A DNA stretch of 64,000 nucleotides from NCBI RefSeq assembly GCF_009914755.1, contig NC_060939.1, one strand, 5' to 3'. Source of the DNA: the human T2T-CHM13v2.0 reference genome, Homo sapiens. A program made the translations under genes and the position numbers. Numbering within the stretch: position 1 is the stretch's first letter; every line of letters begins with the position of its first letter. A model generated the notes under the pieces. It was not told where the DNA came from. It worked only from the letters and a program-made list of their open reading frames with translations, and made no database searches. Of this stretch, positions 43,001 through 56,291 are shown in pieces.

Positions 43001-43648
43001 TGCTGCAGGGAATATAAAATGGTACAGCTGCTCTTGAAAACAGTATGAAAGTTTCTCAAAATTATTTAAATGGAATTACCATATGATCTCGCAACATTAC
43101 TTCTGGGTATATACCCAAAAGAATTGAAAGCAGGATCTTAAAGAGATATTTGTAAAACCATGTTCATCGCAGCATTATTCACAATAGCTAAAATGTGGAA
43201 GCAACCTAAGTATCCACTGATGGATGAAAAGATAAGCAAAATTTACATTTTGCATATACAGACAATGGAGTGTTGACTTTGAAAGGAAGAAAATTCTCAC
43301 ATATGCTACAATATGAATGAACTTTATGTATGCTAAGTGACATAAACAAGTCACAAAAATACAAATACTATATGATTCCACTTATATGAGGTACTTAGAG
43401 CAGTCAAAATGGATACAAAAAAATAGAATGGTGATTGCCAGGGTCTGGAGAGAAGAAAGGGGCAGGCAGTTATTGTTGGACAGGTACACAGTTTCAGTTT
43501 CACAAGATGAAAAGGGTTATGTGGATGGAAAGTGGTGGTGGTTGCACAACATTATAAATGTATTTAATACTTCTGAACTGTACATTTAAAATGGTTAGGA
43601 TGGTAAATTTTGTGTTATGTTTCTTTTACCATAATAACTTTTAAAAAA
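37090..43648 (+). mobile_element. near full-length ancient L1MB (5'UTR, ORF1, inter-ORF spacer, ORF2, 3'UTR)
   Basis: ORF1p-like EQSLKEFWDTIK...IFEEIIAENSSNL (38229-38468); ORF2p EN start MTEVTSSLSVICLNVN (39404); RT ADD region near 41710; L1MB-type 3'UTR ctgaactgtacatttaaaatggttagg. Confidence 0.88.
39643..39905 (-). mobile_element. AluJ with internal deletions, inserted in the L1MB endonuclease region
   Basis: gagacaaggtctc..., atcatagctc, tttttgtagagatgggttctc are AluJ-like features. Confidence 0.88.
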
Positions 43649-43649
43649 G

Positions 43650-43784
43650 AGCCAGGTGCTGTGGCTCACACCTGTAATCCCAGCTACTCAGGTGTCTGAG
43701 GTAGGAGGATTGCTTGAGGCCAGGAATTTAAGACCAGCCTGGGCAGCATAGCAAGATGCCATCTCTTAAAAAAAAAAAAAAAAA
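43650..43784 (+). mobile_element. FLAM (free left Alu monomer) in the L1MB tail
   Basis: gccaggtgctgtggctcacacctgtaatcccagctactc...aggattgcttgaggccagga...agcatagcaagatgccatctct plus polyA. Confidence 0.88.
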
Positions 43785-45369
43785 GAGAGAGACCTTTACT
43801 AGCAACTAACTTGCTAGAAAACTCCTCCAAAGAAATAAAGGTCACAGGGGAGATGGGTGAAGATGGGTCTTTTCAGTTCAATCAAAATAGCTTGAATAGA
43901 ATATTTTCTTCTATAAATCTATACAAATATAAACAAACCCCAAATTTGACTAAAATAAATCTTTAAAATTATGACTGATTTGGCCATTCAAAACAATACC
44001 TCATGACAACTCATGTTTACAAACAACCTGAGTGTTTTCAAATAACCTTTGTAGACTCTTTTTTCATTAATTAGGTACTAGACTCTCTTGGCAGTGTCTT
44101 ACTCAAAAAAGAATAAAGAGAAAAATATAAATAAATGGACAAACTGCAAAAGCATAACAAAAAGGCATATAGCAAATCCAGATGAATAAAATCACCCACA
44201 TATATTAGAGATAATTGAGATGAAAGACATGGAAATGTGTATAAAAGTCTAATACATTCGTGATTTTTCCTCCATTTCTGATCATGAAAACATTAATAAA
44301 ATAAGGGAAAGTATTTGAGAAGGGAACAGGGATGAAGAACTCCTTTAAAAATGTGTCAATTTTATTTCTGCTTCAATCTCCAAAGGCCTTTTAAGATCTC
44401 CTAATATTCATTGTCAGAATCAATAGCATAGATGAATTTCTACAGTTTCCAATAAATGGAAAACATATGTGAATGAAAACAGAACATTCATATTTGGTCT
44501 TTTCCCAGAGAGCACTGAATTGGTTTCTTGTTTGTTTTTAACAGTCATCTGCAACCAATGCAATTGAAAACTAAGCAAAAACCCAAAAGGCTTTGCTTCA
44601 TATGTAGAAGAGTGCTCCATGTCTAAAGCTTCATACTGAAGCAAGAGCTAAGTTTGTTGATGAAGTGTACACTCAGTTTATATTTCTCAAAGCTGGGAAA
44701 TCTGGCCAGGTCCTAACTTCAAGTCAGCTATTTTTGTGATCTAAGCTCAGGATCTACTGGACTTCACACAGGCCACCTCTGCTAAGCCCTAACCTTCAAT
44801 GTGGGCTTGCTTCTATTATGGATTCTCAGTATTCAGATGAAAGATGCAGGTGATTGAAAGCATAACAGATTTAGTGGCAGAAAGAAAATGTATTTGAGAA
44901 GATAACAATAAGAAAGAAAGAAAGTTCATTTGCCCCGACTGTAAACTAAGAAGGCTGTTGTTATGACTGGTTTAAGGCACTATTCTGAATTATCTACTGT
45001 TTTGATTTACATAGTAAATAGTTCAGTACTATGGAGAGCATGGCTTAAGCCCTATGCCCAGCTTTCTGTATCTTTCTGCGCAGGAATACAGGTGCCTTAA
45101 AACTCTTCAATATCATTCACCTGTATACCACACCTGAGTTGTCCTCTCAGCCATATTTCACACTCTAAACCTCTCTCAGCAACCTCATTCTTACAGTGTC
45201 CTTAACCATTCAACAACCAATAGAAACTTATTTTGCTAAGACTGTAACACACTGAACTAAATGCTAAAAATACTCCTATGAGGAAGACATAAGTGATGTT
45301 AAGGAATTGGCCATCTGTTAGAGGAAAAAATATATACACAGAGTAATGATGGCCAAGATAGTCTGACCA

Positions 45370-45600
45370 TCACCTGGAATGGTTGTTTAAAATGCAGTTT
45401 TCTAAGCAGTACTCTGAGAAATTCTAATTCATTACTTTGGGTGAGGGCGAGGCGGTTGGAGGAGGTGAAAACTGAAAATCTCTAGATTAGTGGGGTTCTC
45501 GACCCCAGCTATATAGGAAATCAACAACATTTTTAAATATATCAATTCTTGGGCTCTACCCCAGACCAATAAAATCAGGATGTTTGGGAATATAGGCATT
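45370..45600 (+). mobile_element. MER5-like hAT fragments
   Basis: cacctggaatggttgtttaaaatgcag; tcttgggctctaccccagaccaataaaatcag. Confidence 0.55.
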
Positions 45601-45619
45601 GAAATTTATATGCATCTTG

Positions 45620-45995
45620 TCTTGAATCCTGGCTCCACCATTTAACAATAGTGTCATTAAACATGTTCTTCAACTTCTGTAAGTTATAGTTTTGCTTTGT
45701 TTTAATTCTGAAATCGACATAGTAGTATCTATTTCATTGTGTGGTTGTGAGGTTAAATGAGATAAGGTATGTAAGGTATAATACCTGATGATGCATAGTA
45801 AATAGGTGATAATGGTAGCTAACATTTATTGAATATTTACTATTATGTGATACTTTGCTAAGCACTTTACATGAACTAAAACAACCATTATATTTTTATC
45901 TTCATTTTTTCAGTGAAGGCCTGAGACATAAAATAGTAAAGTGATTGCCCACAGTACACAATTAGCAAGCAGCAGAGCTAGGGTCTAGTACTTGT
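45620..45995. mobile_element. two MIRs tail-to-tail (+ at 45620-45800, - at 45805-45995)
   Basis: ttgaatcctggctccacca...ggttgtgaggttaaatgagata; atggtagctaacatttattga...ctaagcactttacatg...gattgcccacagtacaca. Confidence 0.7.
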
Positions 45996-46053
45996 GACTA
46001 TTGTACTACATATTTTAGTATATAGTAGCTATTCTTATTGAAAAATAACTGAT

Positions 46054-46826
46054 ACTCTTAGTTCAGGCTGCTGTAATAAAATACAACAGATTGGGTGGCT
46101 TAACCCACAAATGTGTTTCTTGCTGTTCTGGAAGCTGGGAATCTGAGATCAGGATGCCAACATGGTCAGCGTCTTCATGAGGGCCCTACCTATGGTTTGA
46201 ATGTAGCCCCCAAAATTCATGTCAGAAACTTGATACCGAATGCAGTCGTATTGGGAAGCAGGACCTTTTGGGACATGTTTAGATCATAAGGGTTCTCTCT
46301 TCATGAATGGATTAATGCTGCTATTAAAAGTGCTTAGTGGAGTGGTTTCACCTTGTATTCTGCCATTTGAAGACACAACACTCATTCCTTTTCGCTCTTT
46401 CTCTTCTGAAGGCCCTCAACAGATGCCAGCACCTTGATCTTGGACTTCCCAGCCTCCAGAAATATGAGAAATAAATTTTTGTTTTTATAAATTACTCAGT
46501 CTCCGGTATTCCGTAATAGCAGAATAAATGATAAATAAGTGCCCTTATATAAAACAGATGAGACACAAGATTAATCTTGTATTCTTGTGAACTAAGACAG
46601 CCCTTTCCCTTTTATGTCCTCACATGGCCTTTCCTTGGTATACACAGGCAGATTAGTCTTGTGTCTCTTCCATTTTATATAAGGGCATTAATCCCATTAT
46701 GGGGTTCTGTTCTTATGACTTCATCTAACCCTAATTACCTCCCAAAGGTCCCACCTCCAAATACAGTCACAATGGGGATAAGGGTTTCAACATATGAATT
46801 TTAGGGTAACATAAACAGTCATTGCA
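46054..46826 (-). mobile_element. MLT1A-like MaLR solo LTR split by MST (46054-46187, 46600-46826)
   Basis: cttagttcaggctgctgtaataaaatacaacagattgggtggctta; cctaattacctcccaaaggtcccacctccaaatac...gtttcaacatatgaatttt. Confidence 0.85.
46188..46599 (+). mobile_element. MST (MSTC-like) MaLR solo LTR with 5-bp TSD GCCCT
   Basis: ctatggtttgaatgt...cttggacttcccagcctccagaa...actaagaca; gccct at 46183-46187 and 46600-46604. Confidence 0.85.
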
Positions 46827-47009
46827 TAGTATTAATTAAGAATCAGACAATCCACAGTAAATGTCAAATGAATGGAGTTGAGAATAATTATGAGGTGAAT
46901 TCTGAGTTTTATGGGTTTAGATGGGTTTTATGAAAATGTCTTTTTCTTCCAGGCTTTGCCATATGAAACCTCTTAAAGTCAAATTTTCTGATAAAGAACG
47001 GCTATTTTT

Positions 47010-47115
47010 TCCAATGATTTTCAGATAAAGCAGCTGAGGCCTAAAAAGAAAAGGAAATTAGGTTACATAACTAGGAAGTAGTAGAAGGTGGGATTTGAGC
47101 TCATGTTTGTCCAAT
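47010..47115 (-). mobile_element. MIR fragment
   Basis: ttttcagataaagcagctgaggcct...aagtagtagaaggtgggatttga. Confidence 0.55.
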
Positions 47116-47344
47116 TGAACATGTTCCTTTAGATGAAAAGCAGTTTCTAAGAGAAGGTGATGCAAATCTGGCCAATGTGTTTGTTATTTTCCAGAAGGTG
47201 GTTTGGGCAGCTATCAAAGCATTTTGAAGAGGAAAGGAGCACGAATGAAATTCATATGATCATTTCACCACATTTACTCTGTTATGGCATTTACTCTGTT
47301 ATTAGTGTCTGACACGAATCATCATCACTTGATGGTGTATGTAG

Positions 47345-48052
<708 letters not shown>

Positions 48053-49524
48053 AACTTCAGCTATACATTTCTTCCTTCAAGGTTACATTTCTTTATCTCA
48101 CATGCACTCTGGACTCCTCGGTTTGCATGATCACAGATAAGATCATTTGCAGAAGAGCCTCATGTCAAGATTCATTTCAATCAGGGATTAAATCTAGTCA
48201 TTCATTCACTCATTCCACAAATTTAAATCAAAACACTAAACTAGCTTCAGTAATTGATAGAAAGATGTGGCTCCTATCCTCAGAAGCTCATGCTCTAGAG
48301 AAACAAGTACAATGTGCAGTCCTTGATGGACCCTCCCTGACATTCTTAACAAACCTATGAAGTCCAGTCAACAGATTGCACAACTTTGTGGAATGTTGCT
48401 TATTTTTGCTTAATAGCAAAATCAAGGCTGAGTTGCCAGATGGAGCTTGGCAACATTTAATGACCAAGTAGCCCAAAGGTTCTCTCTAGAACAAAATATG
48501 GACTTTGCATTTCCTTTAACAATTTTTTCTTAACATCTTCTCTAGCCTTACAAACAGAAACACATGCCTCTGCCAGTCCCCACATGGGATCCCAGATGAG
48601 AAACCTCTCAAGGAGAATAACAAAATGCAGTTGGAATCAAAGTGTATGAAGCCTCCCAGACCCACCCAGCAGGAATCACCAGGAAGCAGCTGGGAAGAGG
48701 CTGACAGCCCACCAGCAATGAGACCACAGGAGCTGCTGCTCCCGGGAGGGAGTCTGCTGTCATCCTCCACTTGCTAGAGTTCTCCCTCCTCTCTGCTTGT
48801 TACACACTGCTTCCCTGCTCTAGAGCTTGCTCCAGAGATGACTTCAACAGAACAGAGTGGCTCTTCCTTACTTGAAACACAGATCCATTGTACCTGTGGC
48901 TTTGGCTCTGGATTGTCTTTCTACTTAGAGGAGAACAAGGGTGTGACTGAGCCACATGATGGAAAGTAAAGGTACAACCAAAAATTGTGGCGTTTCCTCT
49001 TGTTTATGACATTAAATTTCCCTCAGCCTCTACCCTCATGCTGCCTGCTTCTCTAAGGCTGCTCCCAGGGAACAAGTTAATAATCTCAAATACAGTAATT
49101 TTTGCCCCTTTCAGAGGTAAGAGTTTAACAGGGGACAAAGGACGAATTTTCCATCATGGCATTTCAAACATCAGTAAAATGTTGATTATTTTTCAGCACT
49201 CTTGATATTATATCTGAGTAGCTCTTGTAGAAATTAATGCAAGCTGTGTTTTCACTGCAATGTGCCCTTACTGTATTCACATGCAGCGAGAGGTTATGCT
49301 GATGGAACTTGGCCATGATTTGTGATATTGTTTATTTACATGTATTAATATAAAATAAAATGCAACGTGCTAAGTAACATTTAAGCCCTCATTAACCTGT
49401 TCCTGAACTATTTTTCCAACTCCATTGATCCCTACTCCTTGTGATTCAGCCAGTACCTCAACTGTTTGTTTCTATGCTTGTTCAAGGTTTGTAATCCTTA
49501 GTCCTTTGCTCAAAATGAGAGTCA

Positions 49525-49735
49525 GCCTGGCATAAGGGAAAAAGCACTCAACTCAGACGAGCCTGAGTGGGAAACATGACTTAAATAAGTTAGCAACTTA
49601 TGCAATATCATTTATATAACTTTGAGCCTTTAGCATAATCATCTGTAAAATGAAGCTTCCCACTGTGGGATGTTCTTGAAAAGGGTGTTATAGGATATGG
49701 AAGCACTATGCACAGATGAGGCTCTCAGTAAAGTT
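49525..49735 (+). mobile_element. MIR SINE
   Basis: aactttgagcctttagcataatcatctgtaaaatg core; atggaagcact...ctcagtaaa. Confidence 0.6.
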
Positions 49736-50507
49736 GTTCCATCATTTCTGAGTACGCAAATTTTATTCATCCTTTAAGTTGCAGCCCAGATAGCACCTTT
49801 TGCATAAAGTGTCTACTGATTGCCTCCACTGGGATGCAATCTTTCCCTCTTCTCAACTCCTATCTCTCTTTGCCTTTATCAATCATATAGTAAGTGCGTC
49901 TTTTTATTTTGTATCACAGGGTCTCAAACTGAGACTCTGAATGTGGCTTGTGCAGAGTGCTTCCTGGGATTCTGTGTGTATGGGTTACTCTGCATGGAGC
50001 CTCCTGTTGCCAACCAAAAAAGGACTAAGCTTGGCTCCTTTCCAATTCTCTGTACATAATTTTGTATTCATATTATGTTCTTTTTCTTGAAGAAGGCCCT
50101 GATTTTATAGGTGTCAGTCCCCCCAAATCCTGATTAGCACCTGGGGAGGAGGCAGATGAGGGTATGGAACTACTGGCATGGTGTCTGTCCATATCCGCAG
50201 AGCTGAAGGAGTTGTATGGATGAAAGACATAATGGTATTGGAAACAAGTGTGCTCTTTGGGGTCTGGATAACAAAGTATGGCAAAAGTTGAGGAGTTGAG
50301 GGAATATCTGCAATCCAAAAGTTGAGGATTAGCAATGACAGAACCACAATATCCACAATACCCTGGACATGCAATTGGCATTCTCTTCATGGATGCTAAC
50401 ATCAGTAGCAACTTCTCATCAAGTCAAATGCCTCCTCTTCAGAGAGTCTTGCTCACTTTTTGTAACCCCTTTCACCAACCTCTGTGTCATCTACCCTATT
50501 TGTCACT

Positions 50508-50666
50508 TTTTTTTAAGAGGCAGGATCTTGCTCTTGCTCTATCACCCAGGCTGGAGTGCAGTGGTGCAATTATAACTCACTGTAGCCTCAACTTCTGGGC
50601 TTAAGTAGTACTCTCACCTCCACCTTCTGAGTAGCTAAGACTACAGGCATGTATCACTATGCCTGC
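50508..50666 (-). mobile_element. FRAM / Alu right monomer inside an L2 remnant
   Basis: single-arm antisense Alu; TSD-like tatttgtcact on both sides (50497-50507, 50672-50682). Confidence 0.85.
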
Positions 50667-51223
50667 TCCCTTATTTGTCACTATCTGAAATCATCTGATT
50701 TGCCTTTCCTTAACCCTTCCCCCAACCACATATACACAAAGTGCCAAGAGTCAGGGGCTTTTCCCAAAGTGTTTATTACTTACCTCTAGAAGAAAGGGGT
50801 GCCTGTCTTACAGGAAGTACTCATGAAGTATCTGAGGGGTGAGTAAATGTGAAGACTGTTCAAGGGGCTTTATAAGAAGAAGACGAAAATAAAGGAAGCC
50901 AATATAGAAGAAGAAAGGCAGGATCAATACCTCATAGTAACATGAGCTGACAACCTGGTTTGTGAACATATGGAAAGCACTCCTTAGGATCTCCCAGAAA
51001 TGTTTGATGGGGATGCTTCCTGTGTGCAGTTCCTATTAGAGCAGGTGGGATATTTCAGTCCTCATTGGCTAGGGAGACCTGGGGGCAATTAGGTTATATG
51101 CATACTTGAGTTTTTTTCATGGATCTTATCTTCTCTATTAAACTCTTAGGAGAAGGTAGGACAATCCTCAAATTGCCCAAAGGACCTAATATATGGTCTT
51201 GCAAAAGTGTCTGTTGATAATAT

Positions 51224-51672
51224 AAGTGTCCATCAACAGTTGACTGGATAAATTGTGATGTGTATATTTATATATATATATGTGTGTGTGTGTATATATA
51301 TATATATGTATACACACCATGGAATACTATGCATCCATAAAAAGCATGAAATCATGTCCTTTATAGCAACATGGATGGAGCTGGAGGACATTATCCTAAG
51401 TGAACTAATTCAGAAACAGTAAACCAAATACCATATGTTCTCACTTACAAGTGGGAGCTAAGCAATGGGTATACATGGACATAAAAATAAGATAAATGAC
51501 ACTGGGGACTCCAGAAGAAGAAAGGGCAGGAAGGGCTAAGGGTTGAAAAATTACCTATTGAGTACAGTGTTCGCTAATGAGTACACTAGAAACCCAATCC
51601 CCACCAGTATGCAATATACCCATGTAATAAAGATGCACGTGTACCCTCTGAATCTAAAACAAAATAATTTTT
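51224..51672 (+). mobile_element. L1PB (PB3/4-like) 3' end with internal (TA)/(TG) microsatellite
   Basis: caccatggaatactat...atgttctcacttacaagtgggagcta...gggttgaaaaattacctattg...gtaccctctgaatctaaaa. Confidence 0.88.
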
Positions 51673-52475
51673 AAAAGTATGTTGAAATAAAGAATGAATG
51701 AATCAGAGTAGAAGAGAATATCTTGTTCCATATAAACAGTCTGTGTTAGAAAAAGCAATATAATAAACCAGAAGTGTTCAGTTGTGAAAAGGGTTGAAAT
51801 TTTTCAACATAAATACGTTACATAAAAGATTTCTATTAGAAACTCCTTAGAAGGCATCTATTAGAAGGTAGTGTCCCTTGGCTGTAAAGTCTAAAACTCT
51901 CCTTTGCCACAAAATGACATTGTACACAAATGTAAATAAGTATAACTGGTTACTTAGCAACCACAAATATTTACAAATATGGAAGTCAGGCTCCATCAAA
52001 ATGTCAGGGTAATTATTGGCAAATTGTATATCATGCAAATGTTTTGCAGCCATCCAAAATGAACATTCTTGTAGGGTGCTGCCACAATTGCTCTTCACTG
52101 CTGCCTAGAAGTGTCACTTAGTCTCTTGGGTTTTGTTATGTTGAATTAATGGGACATAAAATTATTTTACAGAACAAGTGGATATGTAATTTACCATATG
52201 CTTTTCCACAGGGGTCTTCCACTTAGTTGTCATGGGGTTTAACCTAGTTAAAATGCTGCAGAATTCAGCATTATTTACTAGATCATCTTCCTCAAAAAAG
52301 TCAATATTTTTTTTTCTAAAAAAGACAGGGAGACTAGAAATTTTGTGGTTTAAATTTTTTTTCAAAATTTATTCTTTTATGAATTATATTTGTAGAAGGA
52401 ATCTTTTATTACTTACATTTAACAGTCTTCAGAACTAGTTTCAAAGATTCTCTTAAGGTATGCATGTGCTTTTTT

Positions 52476-52765
52476 AAAAAAAGAAAGAGAGATGGAGAGC
52501 AGGAAAGAACAAGGAAGGACAGGGAGGGGTAGAGAAAGACTGAAGGGAAGAAGGAAGGAAGGATGGTGGGAGGGAGGGAAAGAAGGAAGGAAGGGAGGGA
52601 GGGAAAGAAAATGAAAGAAAAAGAAAATGAAGGAAGGAAGAGAAAATGAAAGAAAAAGAAAGAAAGAAAAAGGGAAGGAAGTAAGGAAAGAAGGAAAGAA
52701 GGAAGGAAGGAAAGAAGGAAAGAAGGAAAGAAAAGAAAGAAAGAAGGAAAGAAAAGAGAGAAGGT
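52476..52765 (+). repeat. GA-rich low-complexity (GGAA/GAAA)n polypurine tract
   Basis: ~290 bp almost entirely purine on the + strand. Confidence 0.92.
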
Positions 52766-54699
52766 TGAGCAGATGGGCATGATGTGTAAGAGCTGATGGA
52801 AAAATTAATACTAAATTAATACTAAGCTACATGTCCTTTATTTTGTAAATCTGAATGATGCCAAAATGGATAAGCAGAATAACTGCATGATGTGCCAATT
52901 AATACTTGAACTACAGACAGAGGGATTAACTGAGTTTCTTACCCAACTGATTGGGGTGTCGGCGGTGGGGGGGGGACCTCAAATAACATTATAATTACAC
53001 TTAAACACAATTTTACACTCCCTATATGTTATAAAAATTAATTTCATCTCAAGAAGATCTCAAAAATAAGATGTATTCTAATTCTCCTGTGGTCTTACAT
53101 CTCCTCTACGATAGAGCTTACAGTTGGAGCCAATTTATTTAGCCTTTCTCAGTATTTCAAATTCGTGTAGAGAAGAAGCTTTTTCTGCCAAGATTCACAC
53201 CAAAGCAACTTGATAGTCTTGTCCAAGAAGGATCAAATGTGAAACTAGACAACAATGAAAATTGTGCAATGTGCCCGTCTCTCTGCAGCCAGTCAAGTGC
53301 AAAGAAATCTGGGTCGTTGTTCTTGGGAGGCTTTTCAAATGGTCAGAGAAAACAGTTGAGCACAGGGCTTCTGGCCTGCAGTGTTGCCTCACTATTTGTT
53401 TTCTCCTCTAAAACTCTAGGGGGAGAATGAAAAGGCAAACACAGCCATCCCACCCCTCCTTTTCAAATGGGGTTGTCATGCCAGATATTCTGAGTAACTT
53501 ATTCAGCCCAAGGCTAATAAGCTGAACAACTTGTTTTGGCTAGACATTCCTCATCTCCATATGGAACTGCTTGTGTGAGTTTGGGGACTATTATGTGGTC
53601 AAAGGGAGGATGTTAAACCAAGAAAACAAAAAATCCCAGCACTTTCCTTTTCTCTCTTATAAATCCACTTTCAAGGCTGAAGTAAAGTGCACGGATTGCC
53701 CAAATCCTTAGGCGGAAGACATCACAGACTATCACATAAGCACCATCTTTAATAGGTTTGAAGACATGCCTCTTACATTGGGCTAAATTTACCGATAAAT
53801 CCACCATATCTAACCTTGCCTACTTTGAACCTAGCCTTGGGGACTTCTTTAGAAAGAAGGCATATTTTCACTGAACCAAAGTAAATCTTAATTACATATT
53901 TGCTTACCATGGAGAGCCTTTTTGCTTCTGAATGGGAATCTGTAACCGATAAAAGGTAGAAAGTGGGTTGATTTGGTATGTTTTTACAGAAATCTATCAG
54001 AAGTTGTATTTGAAAAGGGGAAAAAAAGACATTCTCAAAGTTTTAGATAATTGTGAAGTTAGTAGAGTTGGTTATTTAGTGTTCTTTATGTAGCATTTCA
54101 GGGGAATGACTTAGAATATTCTCTGATGCTTTCTTAAAACACCAGGTAGGGTCCTACCTCAGCAGACTGATTCAGTAGTTCTTAGATGAGTCTCAGTTTC
54201 CTCGTGACTTTTAAAGGTTCATAGATTATTTTAAAAATTACTCCCAAGTCCAAAGAGTTGAGGGTAATTATTCCTTAAAATTTATTTATAGTTTTCCATT
54301 AAGGAATTATTCCAGGGAAGTCAACTGGTTTTCCAGGCTCTGCAGTGAGGTGGTAGGCTTCAGTGAGAGGTGCTGTTAATTCATTCACTTCTTCATTTAT
54401 TTAGTCGTTCATTCAGAAAACATGCACTGAACAGTTTTTATCTGCTAATCAATGAGTTATAGTGCTGAGGATATAAATAGGCATGACTACTATAATCATA
54501 GCACCATAAAGTCTATTCCCACTGTGTGGCTGCTATGACAAGTCAGACTGAGTAACTGCCCATGATGCCAACTTCCTAGAGAGATTTGACAGTCAAAGGC
54601 CAGTGCTATACATTTCATCTTCCATCTCAAAGGTTAGGAAAAGTACACATGACTGCATAATTATGGGGTAAGTGCCCAAATATTTCTGTTTTGTGCTTT

Positions 54700-56290
54700 G
54701 CTTTTCAAATTATGTTTATATGAAATATAACCTACATACAGAAAAGACACAATAATATTTGTGCTAAATAATTTTCAAGCAAACACCCATTAACTCCACT
54801 TAGGTTGATATAGAATGTTACAAGCTCCATAAAAAAACCCTTCACCAAAGTGTCCCTTTAAATCAAAACCCCTTTCTTCCTCAGAAGTAGCCACTCTTCT
54901 GACTTCTGAACTTTATTTGAATACAGTTATACTGTATGGTTTCTTTGGCATCTTGACACTCGCACTTAACATTGTATTTTTAAGATTAATCCATGCTGTC
55001 GCATGTAGTTCTAGTTTGCTTATTTTCATTGCTATATAATATTCCATTGTATGAACTTGCTGCAATTTATCTAGCCATTCTCTTGATGGGCATTTGGGGT
55101 GCTTCTAGCTTTTGGCTACTACAAATGTTGCTGCTTACAGTGGAATTGTTGGACTATAGGGCATGTTTACAGTCAACTTTCACACATACTGCCAAACGAT
55201 ATTTCATACTGGATAAATCAAATTTACACTCTGATGAGCAGCTTGAGAATTCCTATTGCTTCACATGCTTGCCAACATTAATGTTGTTGAAGTTTAGAAC
55301 TCTTAACCAATCTGAAGACTGCAAGTTGTTCTCCTATAGCACCTTTCTGAGGTTGTTTAGCTTTGTCATTCATATGTAACTATTTATTCCATTGGGAATG
55401 TATTTTTGACTATGATGCAAGAGCGAGCCTAATTCTGTTTTTGTTTGTTTGTTTGTGTGTGTGTGTGTTTTTTCTTTGAGACGGAGTCTTGCTCTCTCTC
55501 CCAGTCTGGAGTGCAGTGGCGCCATCTCAGCTTACTGCAAGCTCCGCCTCCCGGGTTCTCGCCATTCTGCCTCAGCCTCCCGAGTAACTGGGAGTACAGG
55601 CGCCCGCCACCATGCCCGGCTCATTTTTTGTATTTTTTAGTAGAGACAGGGCTTCACCGTGTTAGCCAGGATGGTCTTGATCTCCTGACCTCATGATCCA
55701 CCCGCCTGGGCCTCCCAAAGTGCTAGGATTACAGGCGTGAGCCACTGTGCCCAGCCCTGTTTTTTATACAGATGCTCAATTTCCGGTTTTTCCATTGATT
55801 GAAAGGCCTTTATTTCTCCACTGATATACTGTGTCACATCTGTCATACAGCAAGTGTCAATACTCCCACATACACATTTCTTCATTTCGCCTCTCTTTTT
55901 CTATCTCTATGTCAATTCACGCTGTCTTGGTTAGAATAGCTTTAAGTCTGGTATCTAGAATTTCAGAGCTGCTACCTTGTTTTCCTTCTTCAACAACATC
56001 TTAGCTACTCTTATTACTTTATATTTCCATACATATTTCAGAATTAGCTGTCAAGTATTTTAAAAATCCTTTTGGGATTTAATTCATATTACATTGAATT
56101 TATAAAACAGTTTGAGGAGAATTGACCCAAATTTAGTATTTCCATCCTTCAATTTATATATTTCTCCATTTTTAGGTCTTTTTAATATTGCTCAGTAAAG
56201 TTTTATAACTTTCTTCATATATTTTGCACATCTTTTGTTAAATTTATTACTAGTTTCTTAGTGTCTGGATGCTATTTGAAATAGTATATA
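54700..56290 (-). mobile_element. L1ME-like antisense element (resumes at 58605-59010), interrupted by AluY and a second L1M
   Basis: ttttcattgctatataatattccattgtatga; tatttccatacatatttcagaattagc; resumes ttgctacttgtatagagaaat...ttatctgcaaataata. Confidence 0.7.
55443..55756 (-). mobile_element. AluY whose tail contains (TTTG)n and (TG)n
   Basis: ctgcaagctccgcctcccgggtt, ccgtgttagccaggatggtcttgatctcc; TSD ctgttttt. Confidence 0.95.
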
Positions 56291-56291
56291 T

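Noticed and set aside
47271-47301. Short tandem duplications (catttactctgtta x2; also near 35240 and 52803)
   Set aside because: Ordinary replication-slippage microduplications; not spacer-separated arrays, so not CRISPR-like
52409-52780. 123-aa F/L/S/P-rich ORF resembling a membrane protein
   Set aside because: Artefact of the antisense GA-rich low-complexity tract
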